Positions 38,257 through 46,713 of a stretch of 59,210 bases of DNA are shown piece by piece. How positions within the stretch are numbered: position 1 is the first letter of the stretch; each line of letters starts with the position of its first letter. The translations under genes and the position numbers were made by a program. A model generated the notes under the pieces. That model made no database searches. It was not told the DNA's origin and saw only the letters and a program-made list of their open reading frames with translations. The stretch comes from a virus (Duplodnaviria > Caudoviricetes), in the IMG/VR virus record IMGVR_UViG_3300025889_000132, positions 1-59,210 of that record; one strand, 5' to 3'.

Positions 38257-39091
38257 AAATGTTGCAGTTGTCAACCTGCTTGTAATATTCTTCTACGATT
38301 TTGTACCAGTCGTTGTGGAGGAGGTCCAGGTAACGACGTGAGATCTTGAAGATCTGTGTGCGGGCTGGCGTTGAAACAAGAATTGCAGCCTGGGACACCT
38401 TGAGACCAAGAGTTTGCTGGATAGCAATGTCGTAGGCAGCCAGTTGCTTACAGGTTTTTTTGAACTTCATGTGACCACCGAGCAGGTCTCGCCATTCCTG
38501 AGAACCCTTCTCATATTCTTTGGGCCATTTACGGCAGTAGGGTTTGACGCTGGTTTTTAAGTCAGCAAGAGTAAGCTTGTTATTAGCCACAGCAATAATG
38601 TCAGGAGCCCCAGCCCAGGCGCGACCTTCATCGTCGCAGCCCCAAACGCGAGCAACGTCATCAGCACCAATAGTGAAGTCGTAATCTTCCCGTACCGGTG
38701 ACTCAGCCCAAAAAACTTCCTGGAACTGATCAAGAATCGGCGGCATGCCTGCCCAAAAATCTTTGTATTCATCTGGAATGTCAGGCTCTTTATTGCCTTT
38801 GAGGTAGCATTCCATCCCGTAGTGGATGGCAGTCCCACGTTCAGCGGCGGCTTCCTTGACACCAGGATTATTCTTTGACCACATTTCAAGCTTCCGTTTG
38901 TTAGCTTCGGAAGCTGTCTCACTAATGATGGTGGTTACGGACGGCGCAGGTCCAGTAGGTAACGGAGTTGTGTAATGTCTTTTACCGTTAAGACTAATTC
39001 TGGCTGCGGTCCTATTAAGGTTCCGCATTAATTCTGGTTGCTTTTCTTCGGCTTCCTTCCAAGGATCACCTTTATTTACTTTAGCAACCAT
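38237..39091 (-). CDS. PD-(D/E)XK exonuclease
   Basis: 'PSVTTII', 'RGTAIH', 'AGAPD', 'DLKTS', 'QLAAY'. Confidence 0.9.
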   Translation of the reverse strand: MVAKVNKGDPWKEAEEKQPELMRNLNRTAARISLNGKRHYTTPLPTGPAPSVTTIISETASEANKRKLEMWSKNNPGVKEAAAERGTAIHYGMECYLKGNKEPDIPDEYKDFWAGMPPILDQFQEVFWAESPVREDYDFTIGADDVARVWGCDDEGRAWAGAPDIIAVANNKLTLADLKTSVKPYCRKWPKEYEKGSQEWRDLLGGHMKFKKTCKQLAAYDIAIQQTLGLKVSQAAILVSTPARTQIFKISRRYLDLLHNDWYKIVEEYYKQVDNCNIYDPDLI

Positions 39092-39135
39092 TCTCGGTTT
39101 TGTATATTATTAGAAGCTTACCGCATAAAAAACAA

Positions 39136-39240
39136 ATGGGAGAGTTTAGGAATTTAATTCTGGCTATTCTCGGTTCGATGCTCCTTGTGGCAGTGATAGA
39201 TGGCTATTATCTTTTCAAGTTCATCCCGGATAATTTATGA
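39136..39240 (+). CDS. 34-aa single-TM microprotein
   Basis: ATGA-coupled to hli; hydrophobic core. Confidence 0.45.
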   Translation: MGEFRNLILAILGSMLLVAVIDGYYLFKFIPDNL

Positions 39241-39485
39241 ATAAGTTTTTTTTATGGGTAGTGGGGATGTGGAGTTGCCTGTCCTGGATTCCCAGAGAAC
39301 TGTGGAAAACACTCAAAGAAAATATGGTGGACCTGAAATTCAATGATATTCCCTGGCATCTAGATGATTACATTGCTTATGTTGAACGCTGGAACGGAAG
39401 GGCTGCAATGGTAGGGATCGTTGTATTGATCCAGCTAGAGTTGTTGAATAAAATGAGTGTATTGGAGTTCTTAGGTGTCTTGTAA
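39237..39485 (+). CDS. hli: High-light inducible protein
   Basis: ERWNGRAAMVG chlorophyll-binding motif; alternative start at 39324. Confidence 0.85.
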   Translation: MNKFFLWVVGMWSCLSWIPRELWKTLKENMVDLKFNDIPWHLDDYIAYVERWNGRAAMVGIVVLIQLELLNKMSVLEFLGVL

Positions 39486-39657
39486 TCTCACTAGATTTTA
39501 TTATTGTGAAGAAGACATTAGTGTTAAAACGTTTCTGATTCGAGATATGCGGTTAAGGCACGGTATTGCCTTTGAGGATATTGAAACCAAGGAAGCTGAT
39601 GCTTTCGAAGAAAAACTGAAAGCAGAAGGCGAAGAGTATTTACGGATTGACCTATGA
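39475..39657 (+). CDS. Hypothetical protein
   Basis: Coupled ORF. Confidence 0.55.
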   Translation: MSCNLTRFYYCEEDISVKTFLIRDMRLRHGIAFEDIETKEADAFEEKLKAEGEEYLRIDL

Positions 39658-40421
39658 CGCGCAAGATTGTTGCCCAAGTTGAAACACAAAAACCAATCGA
39701 GATGATTGGTACCATGATCCTCAACGGAGGAGAAGATCTGGTTAAGCAGTACAGCTGTATTGATTATCCAGTCAAACGGTACTTTATTCTCGACAACTCA
39801 ATGGGCAAAGATCCCAGTGTTCGAGAGGCAATTGACCACGTTTTATCAACGCCAAATGAATTTGTAGGAGAAGTTCAGCTGGTAACCAATGCACTAAACG
39901 TTGGTTTTTCTGGTAGCGTCAACCAGATTGTTAAACAGAATACAGATCGAGAATACTGGTGTATTTTTTCTGTTGATTGGCACTTCAAGCCAGGTGAGCT
40001 TGCACGTTTGGGTGAGCGCCTGACTCAACCATTTGAAGCAATTCTGTGCGATGAAACGCAGAATGGTTACTCTGCCATGATCTTTGGCGTTGATTTACTG
40101 TATGAGGTTGGTTTTTTAGACGAGAATTTCTTCCCTGCCTACTACGAAGACAACGACCACCGTTATCGAATGAAGCTGGTGGGCAAAGAATGGGAGTACT
40201 TCCCCTTGGAATATGAACATAAAGTCAGCAGTACTTTAAAAAGAAGTGTTGAATTTCAACGTAAGAATCAAGAAACATTCCGTCGAAACGGAATGTATTA
40301 TGTAGAGAAATGGGGCGGAACACCTACAAACGAACGGTATACAACTCCATTTGATATGGAATTACCGCTTGATTATTGGTTATACGACCCTGCTCGATCT
40401 CAAAGGCAGAGATGGATTTAA
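39654..40421 (+). CDS. Glycosyltransferase family 2-like
   Basis: 'ILDNS', 'NVGFSGSVN', 'VGFLDENFFPAYYEDND'. Confidence 0.85.
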   Translation: MTRKIVAQVETQKPIEMIGTMILNGGEDLVKQYSCIDYPVKRYFILDNSMGKDPSVREAIDHVLSTPNEFVGEVQLVTNALNVGFSGSVNQIVKQNTDREYWCIFSVDWHFKPGELARLGERLTQPFEAILCDETQNGYSAMIFGVDLLYEVGFLDENFFPAYYEDNDHRYRMKLVGKEWEYFPLEYEHKVSSTLKRSVEFQRKNQETFRRNGMYYVEKWGGTPTNERYTTPFDMELPLDYWLYDPARSQRQRWI

Positions 40422-41269
40422 GTCTGTATGGCGGAACAGGATTAATCGGCAGTTATTTTTACGGAGCTTACGCCTCTTATGTTGTTCCAAGGGAAAGGTT
40501 GTATCCGTTTAGTAAACGTGTTCTATATCTGATCAGTACAACTGACAACAAAACATTTAAAGAGAATCCACACATTGATGTGGAAACCAACCTGGTTGTG
40601 CTTCTTAAACGACTTGAAGCTTGCCGTGAGTTTGGTGTCAAAGAATTTAATTTTATTAGCAGCTGGTTTGTGTATGGACCAGAGCATGAGCATCCTAATG
40701 AGGATTCATTCTGCAATCCAAACGGTTTTTATTCGATTACGAAGTACACAGCTGAGCGATTAGTAAAGGAGTATTGCAAAGAACACGGTATTGCCTATAG
40801 AATCTTGCGCCTGGGCAATGTTTATGGAGGCCCAGATAACGGCAACATCAAGCGCAATGCCCTTCATTTCCTGGTCAACAAGCTAAAGAACAATGAAGAC
40901 GTACTGGTGCACCTGAATCTGTCTCGTGATTTTATTCACATGATGGATGCCTGCAGAGCCATTGATTTTGTGTGCACAGCTGGTGAATTGAACGAGACGT
41001 ACAACATTGGCACTGGTATTGCTACAAACTTGGGATCTGCTTTAGATCAAGCCAATCGAATTTTAGGAACAGATGCATGTGTAAGCAGGGTAGATACCCC
41101 TACAAATTACGATCAAGCCGTTCGATTCTCTCTCGATTGCACTAAACTACAAGCACTTGGTTTTAAACATCTCATTCCAATAGAGGAGGGGATTAACGAT
41201 CTATGTCTAAGTCGAAAGTTCTCTACGCCGGACCCTATTTTGATGGGGAAGAAATTACTGAAGCAGTAA
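40412..41269 (+). CDS. NAD-dependent sugar epimerase/reductase (extended SDR)
   Basis: GGTGLIG, SSWFVYG, YSITK (YxxxK), RLGNVYG. Confidence 0.9.
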   Translation: MDLSLYGGTGLIGSYFYGAYASYVVPRERLYPFSKRVLYLISTTDNKTFKENPHIDVETNLVVLLKRLEACREFGVKEFNFISSWFVYGPEHEHPNEDSFCNPNGFYSITKYTAERLVKEYCKEHGIAYRILRLGNVYGGPDNGNIKRNALHFLVNKLKNNEDVLVHLNLSRDFIHMMDACRAIDFVCTAGELNETYNIGTGIATNLGSALDQANRILGTDACVSRVDTPTNYDQAVRFSLDCTKLQALGFKHLIPIEEGINDLCLSRKFSTPDPILMGKKLLKQ

Positions 41270-42471
41270 AGACACTGACTGAAGGAGCCTGGTACCCAGC
41301 TGGTAAACAGGTTGATCGATTTGAAAAAGCCTTCTCAAAGCAGTTTGGCTTTGATCATTCACTGATGGTGAACAGTGGCAGCTCAGCCAATCTGGTGATG
41401 ATTGCTGCACTGAAAAAGTACTACGGCTGGAAAGACGATGCAGAGATTATCGTCAGCGTTGTTGGCTTTCCAACGACTCTTAACCCGATCCTGCAAAACA
41501 ATTTAGTTCCGAAGTTTGTTGATATCACCTGGAACGATCTGAACTGGAATCTTGATCATGTCGAAGCGGCCATTACTGACAAAACCGTTGCTGTTTTCAG
41601 TAGCCCTGTTCTGGGTAATAGTTATGACTTGGATCGTTTACTCGATATCTGTAACAAGAATGGGATAAAGTACATCGCAGATAATTGCGACACGCTCGGT
41701 TCAAAATGGAATGGAGAGTATTTAACTAAGCATGCTGTAGCAGCATCCTGTTCTTTTTATCCAGCACACCACATCACTACGTTTGAGGGTGGGATGGTGT
41801 CTTCCAACAATGAAGAGATTATCCGTTTAGCTCGGCAGTTTGCCTGGTGGGGACGTGATTGTTATTGCGTTGGGGAATGCAACATGCTGGCTAACGGTAT
41901 GTGTAACCGGCGCTTTGACAAATGGCTAGATGACTATGACGTTGTGGTTGACCACAAATATGTCTTCAGTCAGATCGGTTATAACCTCAAGCCATTGGAT
42001 CTGCAAGGATCTGTAGGACTTGTTCAGTTAAAGAAATTTGAAGAGATTCACACGATTCGTCGTGAGAACTATAAATTTATTGCGAATCTGATTGGAGATT
42101 TATCTGATGGGATCCGTGTTGTTGGGGAAAAAGAATGTGCTGAAACTTCTTGGTTTGGGGTTCCTATTATTTGTGATAATCCTGATGTGAAGCAAGCGCT
42201 TCAGCAACACCTTGAAAGAAACGGAATTCAAACGCGCAATTATTTTGCTGGCAATTTGTTATTGCACCCAGCTTATCGGAGCCTGGGTGATCCTAAAGCT
42301 TATCCAAATGCTTATGATGTCCTAAAGCATGTGTTCTTTATGGGCACATCTCCAGCAATTAGCAAGGATAACCTTGAATATATTGAGAAGACAATTAAAG
42401 AATTTAAGGCTACTTTCCCCCTTGGGGCAGACGGCTGCTCTGTTCGGTTTCTCCCTCACTTAGTTGAGTAA
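41203..42471 (+). CDS. rfbH: CDP-4-keto-6-deoxyglucose 3-dehydratase (DdhC/RfbH, DegT family)
   Basis: VNSGSSANL; SFYPAHHITT (His in place of the PLP Lys); Cys cluster RDCYC...C.......C; TRNYFAGN. Confidence 0.85.
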   Translation: MSKSKVLYAGPYFDGEEITEAVKTLTEGAWYPAGKQVDRFEKAFSKQFGFDHSLMVNSGSSANLVMIAALKKYYGWKDDAEIIVSVVGFPTTLNPILQNNLVPKFVDITWNDLNWNLDHVEAAITDKTVAVFSSPVLGNSYDLDRLLDICNKNGIKYIADNCDTLGSKWNGEYLTKHAVAASCSFYPAHHITTFEGGMVSSNNEEIIRLARQFAWWGRDCYCVGECNMLANGMCNRRFDKWLDDYDVVVDHKYVFSQIGYNLKPLDLQGSVGLVQLKKFEEIHTIRRENYKFIANLIGDLSDGIRVVGEKECAETSWFGVPIICDNPDVKQALQQHLERNGIQTRNYFAGNLLLHPAYRSLGDPKAYPNAYDVLKHVFFMGTSPAISKDNLEYIEKTIKEFKATFPLGADGCSVRFLPHLVE

Positions 42472-42564
42472 ACCGTATTGCTCTCTTTTAGTTTTCAAAA
42501 GATAATAAAAGAAAGCAAAAGAGAAATGCAAATTACTTTAATCAGAACACCTCGCGAATCTGAA

Positions 42565-42774
42565 ATGTCTCTTTCGACCCAAGTTAAAGCTTCTGTTGAT
42601 GAAGCACAATCTCATTTGAGGGAGGCACTTGCATTTGCTGCAAGGTCTGAACACCCCATTGTTATCAATACGTTGTCTGATTTAATTGCCAAGTTAGATA
42701 GCCTTGAAGCAATGGAAAAAGTAATGCAAAAATTTAACCCTCAAAATCAAAACAACGAGTTACTCGAATGGTAA
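42565..42774 (+). CDS. Hypothetical cyanophage protein
   Basis: 'MSLSTQVKASVDEAQSHLREALAFAARSEHP'. Confidence 0.65.
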   Translation: MSLSTQVKASVDEAQSHLREALAFAARSEHPIVINTLSDLIAKLDSLEAMEKVMQKFNPQNQNNELLEW

Positions 42775-42932
42775 CGAATCAGTTATGGCTGAACGTTATA
42801 CAGAAGAAGAACGCCTAGAAGAGTTCTTTGGAAAATTGATGTATATGATTCCCCATCCTCCAAAAGGATGGGAAAAGAAAGCTCGTCCATGTAAGTGGGA
42901 TAAAATAATAAAAGAACGAAACAATAATCCTG

Positions 42933-43217
42933 ATGGCACAGGATGATAGTAAATATACGAAACCTGAGTTAAGGGAACGTATTAAAGATCGTGTAATGGC
43001 TGGCTCTAAAGGAGGCAAGCCTGGTCAGTGGTCTGCGCGTAAGGCTCAGCTCGTTGCTTCCGAGTATAAGAAAGCTGGTGGCGGGTACAAAGGTGGTGAA
43101 GGCAAGAAGCAAAAGGCATTAAAGAAGTGGGGTAAGGAGAAGTGGATGACGAAGGATGAATATGAAAAGCGAAAGAAAGCTAAGTCGGCAGCACAAAAGT
43201 ATAAAGACAGCAAATGA
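42933..43217 (+). CDS. DUF5872-like protein, N-terminal half
   Basis: 'YTKPELRERIK...GSKGGKPGQWSARKAQL...YKKAGGGY...LKKW..EKW.TK'. Confidence 0.75.
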   Translation: MAQDDSKYTKPELRERIKDRVMAGSKGGKPGQWSARKAQLVASEYKKAGGGYKGGEGKKQKALKKWGKEKWMTKDEYEKRKKAKSAAQKYKDSK

Positions 43218-43414
43218 TTTTAATTTTATCTTTATTACTCACTGTGCAACCAGTTGATGACTGGATGTTGTCATGTGCGCAGTACCAAGCCTTGGTACTA
43301 CGCCTGTACTCTGATCCTTATTTTGAGACGACAGAAAACCTTGGCCGAAGGCAAGAGATCCACGACATCTTGAAGTCACGCACGTTTGATGAATGCATTG
43401 AGGTGAACGCATAA
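43214..43414 (+). CDS. Small protein with a hydrophobic/signal-like N-terminus
   Basis: ATGA/TAATG-style coupling on both sides. Confidence 0.55.
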   Translation: MILILSLLLTVQPVDDWMLSCAQYQALVLRLYSDPYFETTENLGRRQEIHDILKSRTFDECIEVNA

Positions 43415-44595
43415 TGTCAGAACAAAAGTATAATTTAGGTTCTCCAGAGGTTTTGAGGTTTTTCAATCTTTCAGAGAGAGATGTGGACCCTAGATATCGG
43501 GGAGAGCAAGTTCGCAAGTTAGTGAATCGTCTTTCAACGGCTGATAATTTTGATTATGAAAACGCCCTAATTAATCAAGGTGCTAATCCACAGTCTTTTG
43601 ATTTTTTAAACAACTATATTGAGTTTGAGCACAATTGGAAAACCCCAACCTCTTTAGCTAGTATCAATGAGTTAACAAATTTAGCCCAAACTAAACCAAA
43701 CAAGATTTACTCTTATAATTTAAAAGAAGGTCCTTTGTATAGAGGAACAACGCTTGATGTATCACCAAACGTTGGCGAAGAGATAACTCTTTCTCGTTTT
43801 AAATCTTTCAGTCCAGACATAAACATTGCCGGTCCCTTTATTAATGAAGGACCTCCTTTAGATTTTTCATTAAGCAATGAAGAGTTCAAAAAACAAATAG
43901 CTTTAGAAAAAAATAAACAAAAGACTTTGTTCCAAGTACAAGCAGATTCTCCAGGAGACTTTAATTATTTAATCACCCCTGGAGCGGGAGAACCAGAAGT
44001 TTTGGCTCGACCGGGGTCTAAATATCTTGTGGAAGCTAAAGAACGTTTCCCTTTTGACCAACGTAGAATGACAGGTGATATTGATTTCATTAAGTTACGA
44101 CAGCTTTATGGAATTGACCCAGTTGGAAGTGCTATTCAAGGCGGTGTTAATCTTGTAAAAGAAAATATTCCAGGTGCAACAATTGGTGCAGCATTTTCGG
44201 CTTTAAACCCCGAAGTTGCAAAAGCAGTTGAGCAAAATAACTACAAAAAAGCAGCGCTTACAACGGCACAAGATGTTCTTTTAGGAGCGGGTACAGAGGC
44301 TGTTGCAAATGTGGCAGGTAAATATGTGCCAATGTTTAGTAGAGTGGTGACACCTGCAGCACAGATTGCAGCTCCCGTTGCGGCCGGAAGCGCACTGTAT
44401 ATGCAAGGAAAACCAGGTTCGTTAACTGATGTGGTTACTCGCAAAGCTGCGGCCAATCCAGTGCCTTGGCTTCCATCTGTCAAGCCAAACCCTAAAACAG
44501 ACTTGGGCGCAAGAGCGGGAAGAGCGCTTACAAACGAAGCTCGTTACGTATATAGCCGATTACTAAAAGGCAAACTTCCATATTTTGGCAGGTAA
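43414..44595 (+). CDS. ADP-ribosyltransferase (R-S-E clade) fused to an Ala/Gly-rich C-terminal region
   Basis: LYRG...FKSFS...GEPEVLARPGSKY. Confidence 0.75.
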   Translation: MSEQKYNLGSPEVLRFFNLSERDVDPRYRGEQVRKLVNRLSTADNFDYENALINQGANPQSFDFLNNYIEFEHNWKTPTSLASINELTNLAQTKPNKIYSYNLKEGPLYRGTTLDVSPNVGEEITLSRFKSFSPDINIAGPFINEGPPLDFSLSNEEFKKQIALEKNKQKTLFQVQADSPGDFNYLITPGAGEPEVLARPGSKYLVEAKERFPFDQRRMTGDIDFIKLRQLYGIDPVGSAIQGGVNLVKENIPGATIGAAFSALNPEVAKAVEQNNYKKAALTTAQDVLLGAGTEAVANVAGKYVPMFSRVVTPAAQIAAPVAAGSALYMQGKPGSLTDVVTRKAAANPVPWLPSVKPNPKTDLGARAGRALTNEARYVYSRLLKGKLPYFGR

Positions 44596-44598
44596 ATT

Positions 44599-44805
44599 AT
44601 GGCTGACAAGGCAATTCAAAAGGGATACACCAAGCGTTACCTCCCAGAAAAAGCATGGGCTTCTTTATCAAAAGAAGAGAGGGAGGAAACAGATCAAAAG
44701 AAACGGGCTGGCAGTCGAAAGGGTAAACAGTTTATTCCTAATACTGAACGCGCAAAAAAAGCAGGACGTGCTGCCAGACGATATAAGAATCTAAAGAAAA
44801 AATAA
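44599..44805 (+). CDS. DUF5872-like protein, C-terminal half
   Basis: 'KRYLPEKAWASLSKEEREETDQKKRAGSRKGKQFIPNTERAKKA'. Confidence 0.75.
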   Translation: MADKAIQKGYTKRYLPEKAWASLSKEEREETDQKKRAGSRKGKQFIPNTERAKKAGRAARRYKNLKKK

Positions 44806-44862
44806 TGTATACTTTTAAAGTTCACGCTTTGCGGCGAACGTTTGAGCGGTTAGTTAGATTGG

Positions 44863-44889
44863 TCCCGGCTTAGTACCCCGGGATTTTTT
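44863..44889 (+). terminator. Possible terminator hairpin
   Basis: tcccgg...ccggga followed by tttttt, ending just before ATG 44890. Confidence 0.4.
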
Positions 44890-45594
44890 ATGTCTACTCT
44901 CGTTGCAAATGTACCTCCAGTAAAGGTGTGGGTACGTCGAGAGTACCTAAGAGATTTGCGAGATGGTCATGGAGAATACACACCAGGTTACTGGGTATCG
45001 TGTAAAAGTATTACAGGACGTGCACTTTACTTCGAAACGTACCTAACAGAATACGGAGCACTGTATGACAAACTCCCTATTAGCGCCTTCCTTTCTTGGA
45101 ACTCTGATCATCCTGATGTACCTACCCCTCCTGAGCCAGATTTGCCGTTAACTGATCTCCAATTCTGGAATGGCTTCGATACTGGCCTGGTAGTTGTCGA
45201 AAAGAACCTGATTTATAATATGGAGTTCGAGGTCATGACTCGTGCTTCTGGCAATATGAAGGGTGAATATTTATTCACCATTGACAATTACCATCCACAT
45301 CGAAACGAACCCGACTATTACTTTTCTGAGGTTCCCGATGAACACAAGTCACACAACATTGTTGCTTTAGACAATGGTCAAATTGGGGCTTATCCCAATA
45401 ATCGTTGTCGAATGGTTGACCCATCTTTAACCAATGATCAGTTAAAGACTCCCGACTTTAAAGTATCAACAAGATATTTTGATGTAGAACACGCTCCTAA
45501 ATGGGGTCGTTTGGGTCAGACTGATGATTATTTCTGGAAAACCCCAAACGAAACCAATGGACAAGCACACCTACGAGAACTGGAAGAAAATTAA
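44890..45594 (+). CDS. Conserved cyanophage hypothetical protein
   Basis: 'VWVRREYLRD...GHGE..PG.WVS.KS..GRA.YFE..L.EYGA.YDKLPISAF'. Confidence 0.8.
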   Translation: MSTLVANVPPVKVWVRREYLRDLRDGHGEYTPGYWVSCKSITGRALYFETYLTEYGALYDKLPISAFLSWNSDHPDVPTPPEPDLPLTDLQFWNGFDTGLVVVEKNLIYNMEFEVMTRASGNMKGEYLFTIDNYHPHRNEPDYYFSEVPDEHKSHNIVALDNGQIGAYPNNRCRMVDPSLTNDQLKTPDFKVSTRYFDVEHAPKWGRLGQTDDYFWKTPNETNGQAHLRELEEN

Positions 45595-45712
45595 AACCGT
45601 TCTAGAGGAGTCTGGTAAAACGGACTCCTTTTTTTATAAGAGAGCTTGCGCAATTGTTAAGTCTCCTTCTGATTCAGCTAAGGATCCTTTTGATCCCATG
45701 AGTGATTTATAA
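45557..45712 (+). CDS. Small cyanophage hypothetical protein
   Basis: MDKHTYENWKKIK..LEESGKTDSFFYKRACAIV. Confidence 0.7.
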   Translation: MDKHTYENWKKIKTVLEESGKTDSFFYKRACAIVKSPSDSAKDPFDPMSDL

Positions 45713-45721
45713 TCAGAAGAC

Positions 45722-45794
45722 GCCTTATTAGCTCAGTGGCCAGAGCACTCGCCTTGTAAGCGAGCGGTCGTCAGTTCAAATCTGACATAAGGCT
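45722..45794 (+). tRNA. trnT: tRNA-Thr(UGU)
   Basis: Acceptor GCCTTAT/ATAAGGC, D-stem GCTC/GAGC, anticodon arm CTCGC-ctTGTaa-GCGAG, T-arm GTCAG-TTCAAAT-CTGAC; no encoded CCA. Confidence 0.95.
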
Positions 45795-45798
45795 CTTA

Positions 45799-45825
45799 AT
45801 ATCTGTATAATTTTTATACAGATAT
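45799..45825. repeat. 12-bp AT-rich inverted repeat after the tRNA
   Basis: atatctgtataa-ttt-ttatacagatat. Confidence 0.75.
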
Positions 45826-45833
45826 CAGATAAG

Positions 45834-46085
45834 TTGGCTCGTAATCGAGAACGTATTCGAGAAAGACGCAAGCAGCTTGTAAATTACAAGAAAGAATTAG
45901 AGTGCCAGCGTTGTGGATATGATGATCACCGTGCATTAGAGTTTCATCATCATAATGATGATAAAAGTAAATCAGTATCTCGCATGGTGGGAGAAGGTTA
46001 CTCCTGGGAACTAATCAAAAAAGAAATAGATAAATGCGAAGTGCTTTGCTCTTGTTGTCACAGGATTGAGCACTGGAAAGATTAA
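45834..46085 (+). CDS. Small HNH endonuclease
   Basis: CQRCG...ALEFHH...C.VLCSCCHR.EH. Confidence 0.8.
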   Translation: MARNRERIRERRKQLVNYKKELECQRCGYDDHRALEFHHHNDDKSKSVSRMVGEGYSWELIKKEIDKCEVLCSCCHRIEHWKD

Positions 46086-46138
46086 AATTAAAATTAGGAA
46101 CTAAATTTGGTTTAGACTAATACAAAATAAATAGTGCA

Positions 46139-46456
46139 ATGCTTTCAACAGATACTCGGTTGCGTGTTGAATTTATCTGTGAACGCATTAGTCAAGGAGC
46201 ACCGGTTGAATTAAAGGATATGGCGTGGCTGCAGAAGTTAGCTGCCCGCAACCCCACAGTTGATACGTGGTTACGGCAAGCAAGGCGTACTGCCATGCAA
46301 GAAGAAGACACCCAGACGGATCTGGATGCCTTCTGTAATGCTTTAGATCTTGGAGAACCAGACCCCAGTGATCACTTGGTTGGACCACAGGATCCAGTGA
46401 CGTTAGCCGAGTGGTTTACCACAAAGCAGAAGTGGTTCCGTGGTCAGGTTGATTAA
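46139..46456 (+). CDS. Conserved cyanobacterial/cyanophage hypothetical protein
   Basis: 'MLST.TRLR.E.IC.RI..G..V.L.DM.W..KLA'. Confidence 0.7.
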   Translation: MLSTDTRLRVEFICERISQGAPVELKDMAWLQKLAARNPTVDTWLRQARRTAMQEEDTQTDLDAFCNALDLGEPDPSDHLVGPQDPVTLAEWFTTKQKWFRGQVD

Positions 46457-46713
46457 TTTGGTTTGTTATACAAACCTAAACGTTGAGCTTCGTCTAAGGT
46501 ACCCGGAGCGGTAGCACCTGCATTGAGTGTCATAGCTGCAGTTGCAGGAATTGTTGCGTAAGGTAAACCAAACATAAAACCGGCAAATTTATTAACAGGA
46601 TCATTAGCAATCTGATTGGCCCCATAAGCAATACCTGCTTTTGCACTCTGATCAAAAGCTGTTTTGATCATTGGGTTATTTAAAAATTTACCCGCTAACA
46701 GAATAGGATTCAT
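46453..46713 (-). CDS. Hypothetical protein
   Basis: TAATG-coupled to the Dps-like gene. Confidence 0.6.
   Translation of the reverse strand: MNPILLAGKFLNNPMIKTAFDQSAKAGIAYGANQIANDPVNKFAGFMFGLPYATIPATAAMTLNAGATAPGTLDEAQRLGLYNKPN

Noticed and set aside
38237-39091. Cas4 / CRISPR system
   Set aside because: A stand-alone phage PD-(D/E)XK exonuclease without the Cas4 Cys cluster; no array or other cas genes.
45722-45794. tRNA as a prophage attachment site or host boundary
   Set aside because: Phage-type genes continue on both sides, no duplicated tRNA 3' end was seen, and there is no intact integrase.
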